A DNA stretch of 64,000 nucleotides from Bacteroidales bacterium UBA4070 (GTDB lineage: Bacteria; Bacteroidota; Bacteroidia; Bacteroidales; VadinHA17), in NCBI GenBank assembly GCA_002383485.1, contig DFYY01000013.1:40270-104269 (forward strand), written 5' to 3'. The stretch's first letter is position 1. The number at the start of each line of letters is the position of its first letter. The position numbers were made by a program, and so were the translations under genes. A model generated the notes under the pieces. That model worked only from the letters and a program-made list of their open reading frames with translations, had not been told where the DNA came from and made no database searches. This document shows, piece after piece, positions 50,707 through 59,098 of this stretch.

Positions 50707-51342
50707 ATGAAGATATTCAGGGGAGTATTCTCTCCCATACAGGTTAACACCTACATTATTACCGGCAATGACCGGGAGTGCATAGTAATAGACTGCGGCT
50801 GCTACGGTGAAGAAGAGGAGAAGAGGCTGGAGGAGATGCTCTCCTCGCGCGGTCTGACACCTGTGATGCTACTCGGCACTCACTGTCACCTTGACCATGT
50901 TTTTGGCAACAGGTTCATGCTGGAGAGGTACGGTCTGAGATCATGGTTCCATGAGGGCGACAGGCCCAACTACCTGAACGCACCCAAACACTCTCTGATG
51001 TTCGGCCTCCCGATGGAAGCACCACCGGATCCGGAGGGATTTATTACAGACGGGCAGGAGATATCGGCGGCCGGAGTGACTCTGAAGGTTATTGCCGTTC
51101 CGGGGCATTCCCCTGGAGGCATTGCATTCTGGTCCGGAGCTGACGGCGTGGTATTTACCGGCGATGCCCTGTTTGCGGGAAGTGTCGGAAGGTCAGACCT
51201 GCCCGGGGGCGACCATGAACAGCTCATGGAAAACATCCGTGAGCGGCTCTTCACACTTCCGCCTGAAACGGTGGTCTATCCCGGTCACGGTCCTGACACA
51301 ACCATACGTCAGGAGATCGATACCAATCCCTTTTTCTCCTGA
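50707..51342 (+). CDS. Metallo-beta-lactamase-fold hydrolase (glyoxalase II-like)
   Basis: THCHLDH, PGHSPG, FTGDALF, GRSDLPGG, PGHG motifs. Confidence 0.92.
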   Translation: MKIFRGVFSPIQVNTYIITGNDRECIVIDCGCYGEEEEKRLEEMLSSRGLTPVMLLGTHCHLDHVFGNRFMLERYGLRSWFHEGDRPNYLNAPKHSLMFGLPMEAPPDPEGFITDGQEISAAGVTLKVIAVPGHSPGGIAFWSGADGVVFTGDALFAGSVGRSDLPGGDHEQLMENIRERLFTLPPETVVYPGHGPDTTIRQEIDTNPFFS

Positions 51343-51427
51343 AACATGATGAATATGCTTTTTTTTGTTCTTCGCTTTGTGCTAATTTCGCCCTGACCTC
51401 TGAAGAGAAAATTTAACCAATCACAAT

Positions 51428-54325
51428 ATGACATCAGATCGTTTTGTTAACCGTCACATCGGTCCCCGCGACAGCGATGCAGCGGAGATGTGCAAGGCCA
51501 TTGGCGTTGATACTCCCGAACAGCTTATTGACCAGACAGTACCTGCATCAATCAGGCTCAGTAAGCCGCTGAACCTGCCTCCCGCGATGAGCGAGTATGA
51601 ATACCTGGCTCATATCAGGGAGCTTGGCAAGTGCAACAAGCTGTTCCGTTCGTTCATCGGACAGGGATACTACGGCGTGGCAACGCTGCCCGTAATAATA
51701 CGCAACGTATTGGAGAACCCTGCATGGTATACCTCATATACTCCCTACCAGGCGGAAATCTCGCAGGGCAGGCTTGAGGCGCTGCTGAATTTCCAGACGA
51801 TGGTCTCCAGCCTGACGGCGATGGATATTGCCAATGCTTCGCTGCTGGATGAGTCGACGGCTGCCGCCGAGGCTATGATCATGATGTACAACGCACGCTC
51901 GCGGGATAAGGTAAAGGCTGGTGCGAACCTTTTCCTGGTTGACAATTCGGTATTCAAACAGACGCGGGATGTGCTTATTACCCGCGCGGCTCCTCTGGAT
52001 ATTGATATTCAGTTTATTGATTATACTCAGTTTGAACCGGATTCACGGTTATTCGGTGTACTTGTGCAGTATCCCTCGGCAAACGGTGAGATACGTGATT
52101 ACCGTGAGTTGGTTGAGAAGGTTCACGGTGCGGGAGCGTTTGTGGCCGTGGGGGCTGACCTGATGAGCCTGACCCTGCTCACTCCTCCGGGAGAATGGGG
52201 TGCTGACATCGTCTTCGGTTCCAACCAGAGGTTCGGCCTGCCGATGAGCTATGGCGGTCCGCATGCGGGCTTCTTCGCCACCAGGGACGAGATGAAACGC
52301 AATATGCCGGGACGTCTTATCGGCGTCTCGGTTGACGCGCACGGCAACCAGGCGCTGCGCATGGCGCTGCAGACCCGCGAGCAGCATATCAAGCGTGAAC
52401 GGGCCACCTCGAATATCTGTACTGCGCAGGCTCTTCTTGCCACCATGTCAGGGATGTACGCACAGTATCACGGTCCTGAGGGACTGAAAAGCATTGCCCG
52501 TCACATCTTCTCATCCGCATGCACCCTGGCCGGAGCGCTGAAGAAGCTGGGATACACAATCAGGCATGAGCAGTTCTTTGATACGATAAGGGTACAGGCG
52601 GTCACCGGGGTTACTGCGGACATGATTGAGAAGATCGCGCTCAGCAGGGGGATCAACCTCTGGTACCCGTGCGCCAACTGCGCGGTGATAAGCACTGATG
52701 AGGTGACTACCCTTAAGGAGATAAATGATATTATCAGGATCTTCGCCGAGGCTGCAGGGAAGAATGCTGAAGAGGTCACTTCGCTCTGCGACTGCTTCTG
52801 CGTTGACGAGAAGTTTCACCGCAAGTCGGCATTCCTGCAGGAACGCACTTTTAACAGCTATCACAGCGAGACTGACATGATGCGTTACATCAAGATGCTT
52901 GAGCGCAAGGACTTCTCGCTGGCCAACGGCATGATTCCGCTGGGATCGTGCACCATGAAGCTCAACCCGGCCGCTTCGATGTTTGCCATGAGCTGGCCGG
53001 AGTTTGGTGGTATACATCCGTTTGTGCCGGCTGACCAGGCTGCAGGATACCAAAAGGTGATGGAGGAACTTGGCGAGGCGCTGAAGGAGATCACCGGCTT
53101 TGATGCCGTCTCGTTCCAGCCCAACTCGGGCGCAGCTGGCGAATATGCAGGCCTGATGGTTATCAGGCAGTACCATATCAGCAGGAATGAAGGGCACCGC
53201 GATGTGGCACTTATACCTTCATCAGCTCACGGCACCAACCCAGCCAGCGCCGCCATGGCGGGCATGAAAGTGGTGGTTGTGGAGTGCGACGAGAACGGCA
53301 ACATCAGCGTTGAGGACCTTAAGAAGAAAGCGGTTGAGCACCGTGACAATCTCAGCTCTGCAATGATAACCTATCCTTCCACACATGGCGTATTTGAGGA
53401 GGCTATTGTGGAGATGATAAAGATAGTGCATGAGAACGGCGGTCTGGTTTATATGGATGGCGCCAACATGAATGCCCAGGTGGGGCTGACAAGCCCGGGA
53501 CACATCGGGGCAGACGTGTGTCACCTCAATCTGCACAAGACATTTGCCATACCTCACGGTGGCGGAGGACCGGGCATGGGGCCCATCCTATGCAACACGA
53601 AGCTGGCAGAGTTCCTGCCGTCGCATCCGGTGGTGAAAACCGGTGGCAGTCACGGCATCACCGCGGTTGCCGGTGCACCGTTCGGAAGTGCTCATGTTCT
53701 GACAATCAGTCACGCCTATGTGATGATGCTGGGCGCTGAGGGCCTGACTAAGTCGACCGTCTTTGCCATTCTCAATGCCAACTATATCTCCGCGAAGCTC
53801 AGCGGTATGTACCAGGTGCTCTATACCGGAGCCAACGGCCGGTGTGCACATGAGATGATACTCGACTGCAGGGGCTTCAAGGACTCGGGAGTAGATGAGT
53901 CCGACATCGCCAAGAGGCTGATGGATTACGGTTTCCATGCTCCCACGTTGTCGTTCCCGGTTCACGGAACACTTATGGTGGAGCCGACAGAGTCAGAGCC
54001 GAAGGCTGAGCTCGACAGGCTCATCGATGCAATGAAGAACATCTGGAGGGAGATAGATGAGGTCCGCAAGGGTGAGGCCGATAAGGTTGATAATGTGCTT
54101 AAGAATGCGCCTCATACTGCTGCCGCAGTAATCTCGGACGGATGGAAGCATGCCTATCCGCGTGAGAAGGCTGCGTTCCCGCTGCCGTGGGTAGTTGAGA
54201 ACAAGTTCTGGCCGACTGTGGGCAGGGTGGATAACGGTTATGGTGACCGTAACCTTGTCTGCACATGTGCTCCGATTGACTCGTACAGGTTTGATATGCT
54301 GGAGTCAGGCAGTAAGCAACTGTGA
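51428..54325 (+). CDS. gcvP: Glycine dehydrogenase (glycine cleavage P protein)
   Basis: SYTPYQAEISQGRLE, NASLLDE, REQHIKRERATSNICTAQ, PLGSCTMK, FQPNSGAAGE, HLNLHKTF, EPTESE. Confidence 0.98.
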   Translation: MTSDRFVNRHIGPRDSDAAEMCKAIGVDTPEQLIDQTVPASIRLSKPLNLPPAMSEYEYLAHIRELGKCNKLFRSFIGQGYYGVATLPVIIRNVLENPAWYTSYTPYQAEISQGRLEALLNFQTMVSSLTAMDIANASLLDESTAAAEAMIMMYNARSRDKVKAGANLFLVDNSVFKQTRDVLITRAAPLDIDIQFIDYTQFEPDSRLFGVLVQYPSANGEIRDYRELVEKVHGAGAFVAVGADLMSLTLLTPPGEWGADIVFGSNQRFGLPMSYGGPHAGFFATRDEMKRNMPGRLIGVSVDAHGNQALRMALQTREQHIKRERATSNICTAQALLATMSGMYAQYHGPEGLKSIARHIFSSACTLAGALKKLGYTIRHEQFFDTIRVQAVTGVTADMIEKIALSRGINLWYPCANCAVISTDEVTTLKEINDIIRIFAEAAGKNAEEVTSLCDCFCVDEKFHRKSAFLQERTFNSYHSETDMMRYIKMLERKDFSLANGMIPLGSCTMKLNPAASMFAMSWPEFGGIHPFVPADQAAGYQKVMEELGEALKEITGFDAVSFQPNSGAAGEYAGLMVIRQYHISRNEGHRDVALIPSSAHGTNPASAAMAGMKVVVVECDENGNISVEDLKKKAVEHRDNLSSAMITYPSTHGVFEEAIVEMIKIVHENGGLVYMDGANMNAQVGLTSPGHIGADVCHLNLHKTFAIPHGGGGPGMGPILCNTKLAEFLPSHPVVKTGGSHGITAVAGAPFGSAHVLTISHAYVMMLGAEGLTKSTVFAILNANYISAKLSGMYQVLYTGANGRCAHEMILDCRGFKDSGVDESDIAKRLMDYGFHAPTLSFPVHGTLMVEPTESEPKAELDRLIDAMKNIWREIDEVRKGEADKVDNVLKNAPHTAAAVISDGWKHAYPREKAAFPLPWVVENKFWPTVGRVDNGYGDRNLVCTCAPIDSYRFDMLESGSKQL

Positions 54326-54332
54326 GGTCGGC

Positions 54333-54357
54333 AGTCAGAATTGTAAATAACTGACTA
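54333..54357. terminator. Short hairpin between convergent gcvP and ddl
   Basis: AGTCAG-AATTGTAAATAA-CTGACT. Confidence 0.35.
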
Positions 54358-55326
54358 TCAGAACAGATCTTCAATAACCATTGAATAAAGATCTGTCTGG
54401 CTGATGCCGAATACGGCAGCCTGACGGGGGATGATGCTCTCGGGTGTCATCCCGGGGATTGTATTTATCTCAAGGAATTGAGGGCCCTCTTCAGTGACGA
54501 TAAAATCGACCCGCACGATACCACGGCATCCAAGTATATCATAAATCTCCGATGAGAGCTCCTGTATCCGTGAAGTGATCTCCTCCGGGACCCTGGCAGG
54601 AGTGATCTCGTCTGACAGCCCTTCGGTGTATTTAGCTTCATAATCAAAGAATTCCTTTTTGGGAACCACCTCTGTCACCGGCATTATAATCTTTTTCTGC
54701 CGTGTCTTTACTACACCACAAGCCACCTCGGTACCTTTCATGAACGATTCAACCAGCACCTCGTGGCCTTCGGCGAATGCCTTTTCCACCGCGATATCGA
54801 AATCAGCCAGTTCCTTGACCTTGGTTACGCCAAAGCTTGATCCGCTGGCGTTTGGCTTCACGAAACAGGGAAGGCCTATCTGATTGACGATTGCGGGTGC
54901 GTCATACTGTTGTCCCTTTCTGATGAGAAGGCCTCCGGTCATCGGTATGCCGTACTCGTTCAGGTAGAGCTTGCAGGCCTGTTTGTTGAATGTCAGGGCT
55001 GAGACGAAAGCATCGCAACTGGTATAAGGTATGCCGGTCATGTCAAAGTAGCCCTGCAGAAGGCCGTTCTCGCCGGGATTCCCGTGAATGGCGATGAAGG
55101 CAGCGTCGAACCGTATCCGCTGATCATCCAGAACCAGGGTGAAGTCGTTTTTGTCAATCCTGAAAACCCTCCCCTTTGGGTCTTCCCAGTACCAGTCGGT
55201 ACCCCTGACGGTGATGATGTAGGTTTCGTACTTTCCGTTAAGGGCTGTCTCAACGCCCCTGGCGCTGAGGACGGAGACGGGGTATTCAGATGAGTTTCCT
55301 CCCGCGACGATGGCAATGGTTCTCAT
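54358..55326 (-). CDS. ddl: D-alanine--D-alanine ligase
   Basis: VAGGNSSEYPVS, IHGNPGENG, FVKPNASGSSFGV, FFDYEAKY, RVDF, LEINTIPG. Confidence 0.96.
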   Translation of the reverse strand: MRTIAIVAGGNSSEYPVSVLSARGVETALNGKYETYIITVRGTDWYWEDPKGRVFRIDKNDFTLVLDDQRIRFDAAFIAIHGNPGENGLLQGYFDMTGIPYTSCDAFVSALTFNKQACKLYLNEYGIPMTGGLLIRKGQQYDAPAIVNQIGLPCFVKPNASGSSFGVTKVKELADFDIAVEKAFAEGHEVLVESFMKGTEVACGVVKTRQKKIIMPVTEVVPKKEFFDYEAKYTEGLSDEITPARVPEEITSRIQELSSEIYDILGCRGIVRVDFIVTEEGPQFLEINTIPGMTPESIIPRQAAVFGISQTDLYSMVIEDLF

Positions 55327-55480
55327 GATTGGTGAAATTTTGCACGAAATTACTACATTTCATTATGTGTTGAGTCACAAGTCAGAAAAACAAATTGATC
55401 TTGCATCAAAGCGGTTGCATAATGCGTCTTTACGAATAGAATTTTATTTATTTTTGAACTCAAATCAAACAGAGAGTAAA

Positions 55481-56080
55481 ATGAAAAAAGGTATTAGCGG
55501 ACTTGTTGTGCTTATTATCATTGTTGTTGTCATTCTCCTCATTGTATCGTGGGGTGTAGGCATTTACAACAAGATTGTTCCCATGAATGAAAAGGTAGCC
55601 ACTGAATGGAGCAATGTGGAGACCCAGTACCAGCGTCGTGCTGACCTGATTCCCAACTTTGTGAACACGGTAAAGGGTGCTGCCGAGTTTGAGCAGGAGA
55701 CTCTTACCAGGGTTATTGAGGCAAGGGCCAGGGCCACCTCGGTCACCGTTGATCCTTCAAATATAACTCCTGAGCAGCTTCAGCAGTTCCAGGCTGCGCA
55801 GGGCGAAGTAAGCTCGGCTCTCCAGCGCCTGATGGTGGTTGTGGAGAGGTATCCCGAACTGAAGGCCACGCAGAATTTCCGTGACCTGCAGGTGGAGCTT
55901 GAGGGTACCGAGAACAGGATCGCCGTTGCGAGAAACAACTTTAATGATGCAGCGCGTCTTTACAATACATTCATTAAGCAGTTCCCGAACAACCTGATTG
56001 CTTCATTCACGAAGTTCAACGAGAGGCCTTACTTTGAGGCGCAGGAGGGTACCGATGTAGCTCCGAAGGTGGAGTTCTGA
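55481..56080 (+). CDS. lemA: LemA family protein
   Basis: Likely start MKKGISG at 55481; WSNVETQYQRRADLIPN, ERYPELKA, ELEGTENRIAVAR, FPNNLIA. Confidence 0.95.
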   Translation: MKKGISGLVVLIIIVVVILLIVSWGVGIYNKIVPMNEKVATEWSNVETQYQRRADLIPNFVNTVKGAAEFEQETLTRVIEARARATSVTVDPSNITPEQLQQFQAAQGEVSSALQRLMVVVERYPELKATQNFRDLQVELEGTENRIAVARNNFNDAARLYNTFIKQFPNNLIASFTKFNERPYFEAQEGTDVAPKVEF

Positions 56081-56090
56081 CGCTTATCTG

Positions 56091-56543
56091 ATGAAAGCTT
56101 CAACTTTTTTTACTCCTGAACAGCAGGAGACAATAATCAGGGCCATTGCAGAGGCCGAGCATGCAACCTCGGGCGAGATCCGCGTGCACATAGAGACATC
56201 GTGCAAGGTGAATGTGCTTGATGAAGCGGCCTGGCTGTTCAGAAAGGTAGGAATGCACAAGACTGCTGACCGGAATGGTGTGCTTATATACCTGGCACTT
56301 AAGGAGCGTAATTTCGCCATAATAGGCGATTCAGGGATTAATGCGGTTGTCCCCCCGGGTTTCTGGGACGCCATTCGTGATCACATGCAACAAAAGTTCA
56401 GTGAAGGGCTGTATGCCGATGGGCTCGCTGATGGAGTCAGAATGGCCGGGGAGAAGCTCAGGGAGCACTTCCCCAGATCGAAAGATGATGTCAATGAGCT
56501 CACCGATGCCATCTCGTTTGACAATAACGAAACTGGATCATGA
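56091..56543 (+). CDS. TPM-domain protein (short)
   Basis: AEHATSGEIRVHIE, RNGVLIY, AIIGDSGI, DDVNELTD motifs; lemA-TPM-TPM cluster. Confidence 0.9.
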   Translation: MKASTFFTPEQQETIIRAIAEAEHATSGEIRVHIETSCKVNVLDEAAWLFRKVGMHKTADRNGVLIYLALKERNFAIIGDSGINAVVPPGFWDAIRDHMQQKFSEGLYADGLADGVRMAGEKLREHFPRSKDDVNELTDAISFDNNETGS

Positions 56544-57361
56544 GAAAGAAAGCGAACAGATTCGTTCTGTCAACTGTCATCTGGTTACTTGCAGCCTTTG
56601 TTATACAGGCTCAGCCCCTGCTGCCAAGGCCAGAGCCGCCACGGCTGGTCAATGACCTGGCTGGGGTGCTGTCTGCGGGAGAAGTGCAGGCTCTTGAAAA
56701 TAAGCTCGTTGCTTTCAATGATTCCACATCCAATCAGATTGCCGTCGTTATAGTAAGCGACCTTCAGGGTTATGACCGCTCTGATTTTGCATACAGGGTA
56801 GCGCGCGACTGGGGAGTTGGGCAGGGTGATTTCAACAACGGATTGCTGGTACTTGTCAGGCCAAAAACAACCGATACAAACGGACAGGTGTTCATTGCCA
56901 CAGGCTACGGCCTTGAGGGTGCTATTCCTGATATTGCATGTGCTGAAATCATTGACAGGGAGATCATTCCGAGATTCAGGGAGAATGATTACTACGGAGG
57001 TATTGATGCCGGTACCAATGTGCTGATGGCTCTGGCAGCCGGTGAATACAGCTATGACAACTACGCGGGAGGGAGTTCATCGGGTGCAATACCGGGAGTG
57101 GTCATCTTCCTGATAATACTCTTCTTTATCTTCATCATCTCTGCCGGCAGCTCCAACAACAAGCATCTGAGGCGTACCGGATCATCCAACCTGCCACTGT
57201 GGCTCCTTATGGGCATGCTGGGCGGTGGCCGGTCGCACACTGGCAGCTGGGGAGGATTCTCCGGCGGCAGCGGTGGCGGCGGTTTCAGTGGCGGCGGAGG
57301 TGGCTTCGGTGGTTTCGGAGGCGGCGGCTTTGGCGGCGGCGGAGCAGGGGGAAGCTGGTAG
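56540..57361 (+). CDS. TPM-domain membrane protein (YgcG-like) with Gly-rich tail
   Basis: VNDLAGVLS, WGVG..DFNNGLLVLV, IATGYGLEG, GGGFGGGGAGGSW. Confidence 0.92.
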   Translation: MRKKANRFVLSTVIWLLAAFVIQAQPLLPRPEPPRLVNDLAGVLSAGEVQALENKLVAFNDSTSNQIAVVIVSDLQGYDRSDFAYRVARDWGVGQGDFNNGLLVLVRPKTTDTNGQVFIATGYGLEGAIPDIACAEIIDREIIPRFRENDYYGGIDAGTNVLMALAAGEYSYDNYAGGSSSGAIPGVVIFLIILFFIFIISAGSSNNKHLRRTGSSNLPLWLLMGMLGGGRSHTGSWGGFSGGSGGGGFSGGGGGFGGFGGGGFGGGGAGGSW

Positions 57362-57396
57362 ATTTGCGATTGGCGAATTGCGATTTTCGATTTAGG
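57362..57396 (+). repeat. Left heptamer array
   Basis: ATTTGCG ATTGGCG AATTGCG ATTTTCG ATTTAGG starting right after the TPM stop codon. Confidence 0.8.
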
Positions 57397-57457
57397 TTTT
57401 TTTGAATTTCAGATTGTTTTGGATTAACTTTCAGTTTCCTAATCAGGTGGAATAATT

Positions 57458-57829
57458 ATGGGACTGAAGGAAAAAATGCAGCTTCGTACCAGGAATCATG
57501 CTCTGGAAGTAATATCGTTATGTAATCAGTTATCTCGCAACACACAAAATCAGATTATCAGTAAGCAACTCCTTAGAGCCTCCTGCTCCGTTGGGGCGAA
57601 TTACAGGGCAGTTGCAAGGGCTAAATCGACCGCTGACTTTATCAACAAACTGTATGTTGTTGAAGAAGAAGCTGACGAGGCACTCTTCTGGCTTGAATTA
57701 TTGCTGGAGCTTGAGCCCGTATTCAAGGATAAGATTCTTGCCTGCAGCTCAGAAATGAACGAAATATTATCAATAGTCGTTACCTCAAGGAAGACGGCCA
57801 GGAAGAATCTGAATAACTTCTCTAATTAA
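57458..57829 (+). CDS. Four-helix-bundle protein (TIGR02436 / 23S rRNA-IVS / Avd-like family)
   Basis: KQLLRASCSVGANYRA, RAKSTADFINKL, EEEADEALFWLELL motif pattern; 123 aa. Confidence 0.9.
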   Translation: MGLKEKMQLRTRNHALEVISLCNQLSRNTQNQIISKQLLRASCSVGANYRAVARAKSTADFINKLYVVEEEADEALFWLELLLELEPVFKDKILACSSEMNEILSIVVTSRKTARKNLNNFSN

Positions 57830-57854
57830 GCCTGCCCACCACTCCTCATTTCTT

Positions 57855-57889
57855 AATTCGCAACTCGCAACTCGCAACTCGCAACTCCC
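57855..57889 (-). repeat. Right heptamer array, inverted relative to the left array
   Basis: AATTCGC AACTCGC AACTCGC AACTCGC AACTCCC, abutting the rluD stop codon. Confidence 0.9.
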
Positions 57890-59089
57890 TCAGTCTCTGC
57901 CTGAGACATAATTCCTCCACTTCTCAATGACCGCAACCATGTCCGGGGGGATTGGCGCCTCAAAGTAGAGTCGCTTGCCGGTTACGGGGTGGTCGAATGA
58001 GAGGGTGCGGGCATGAAGAGCCTGACGGGGGAGCATCTCGAAGCAGTTGCGCACAAACTGCTGATATTTGGTAAATGTGGTGCCTTTAAGTATACGGTGG
58101 CCTCCGTACTCCTCATCATTGAAGAGAGGGTGGCCCTTCCAGGCCATATGTACCCTGATCTGGTGCGTGCGGCCTGTCTCCAGGCGGCACTCAATAAGGG
58201 AGACGTAGCCCAGAGGTTCAATAATCCTGTAGTGAGTTACAGCGTGTTTCCCCTGGCTGCCGTCATGGAATACCTGCATGATCTTCCTGTCACGGATGTT
58301 ACGGCCCACATTGCCGGTGATGGTTCCTTCGGCCGGTTCCGGGGTACCCCACACCAGGGCTGTATAGAGACGGCCTGTAGTGCGTTTGAAGAACTGACGG
58401 GCAAGCCTGTTATGGGCATACTCGTTCTTTGCCACAACCAGCAGTCCCGAGGTGTTCTTGTCAATCCTGTGAACGAGGCCCGGTCTCAGCTCTCCGGTGT
58501 TGAAAAGGGGCAGGTCACGGAAGTGAAACATAAGGGCATTCATCAGGGTTCCGGAATAGTTACCGTATGCAGGATGAACCACCATTCCGGCTGCCTTGTC
58601 AACAACTATCAGATCATCATCTTCGTACACCACGCTGACAGGCAGATCCTGGGGGATGAGTTCTATCTCGCGCGGCGGATTGGGGAGAAGTATCTGGATA
58701 ATATCCAGTGGTTTGACACGGTAATTGGGTTTAACGGCCGATTCATTTACAAGTATGTTTCCGGCCTGGGCTGCTGCCTGTATCCTCGTGCGCGAAGCGT
58801 TCTCTATCCGGGCTGAGAGGTATTTGTCGATACGAAGCATTGACTGTCCCGGATCAACCACGTAGCGGTAGTGCTCGTATAACTCAGTCTCGGTCTCGGG
58901 CTCAAGCTCAGTCCCGGTCTCCGGCTCTGGCTCAGTCTCAAGCCCCGGCGCCGTATCCGGTTCCTGCTCAGGTACCCTATCCCAGAACTGATCCGGTTTA
59001 GGCTCCTGATCCTTTAGCTGACTCTGAAGCTGATCCTGTTCGTGTGCCTGTTTCTGAGCCCTGATCCGGGTGAGTTTCTTTTTGCCCAT
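57890..59089 (-). CDS. rluD: RluA/RluD-family pseudouridine synthase with acidic N-terminal extension
   Basis: S4-like RIDKYL; VVHPAYGNYSGTLMNAL, GLVHRIDKNTSG, ETGRTHQIRVH, RQALHA. Confidence 0.93.
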   Translation of the reverse strand: MGKKKLTRIRAQKQAHEQDQLQSQLKDQEPKPDQFWDRVPEQEPDTAPGLETEPEPETGTELEPETETELYEHYRYVVDPGQSMLRIDKYLSARIENASRTRIQAAAQAGNILVNESAVKPNYRVKPLDIIQILLPNPPREIELIPQDLPVSVVYEDDDLIVVDKAAGMVVHPAYGNYSGTLMNALMFHFRDLPLFNTGELRPGLVHRIDKNTSGLLVVAKNEYAHNRLARQFFKRTTGRLYTALVWGTPEPAEGTITGNVGRNIRDRKIMQVFHDGSQGKHAVTHYRIIEPLGYVSLIECRLETGRTHQIRVHMAWKGHPLFNDEEYGGHRILKGTTFTKYQQFVRNCFEMLPRQALHARTLSFDHPVTGKRLYFEAPIPPDMVAVIEKWRNYVSGRD

Positions 59090-59098
59090 CCCTGATCT

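Noticed and set aside
51343-51427. Glycine riboswitch upstream of gcvP
   Set aside because: Only 85 nt including a promoter-like box (TAATTTCG); no recognisable aptamer core.
55310-55480. 57-aa N-terminal extension of LemA
   Set aside because: It overlaps the ddl start and the divergent promoter region; the LemA TM anchor begins at 55481.
57199-57361. GGC-rich repeat as a contingency locus
   Set aside because: It encodes the ordinary Gly-rich tail of YgcG-type TPM proteins.
57458-57829. Diversity-generating retroelement or 23S rRNA intervening sequence
   Set aside because: The protein is Avd/IVS-like, but no reverse transcriptase, TR/VR pair or rRNA gene is in the window.
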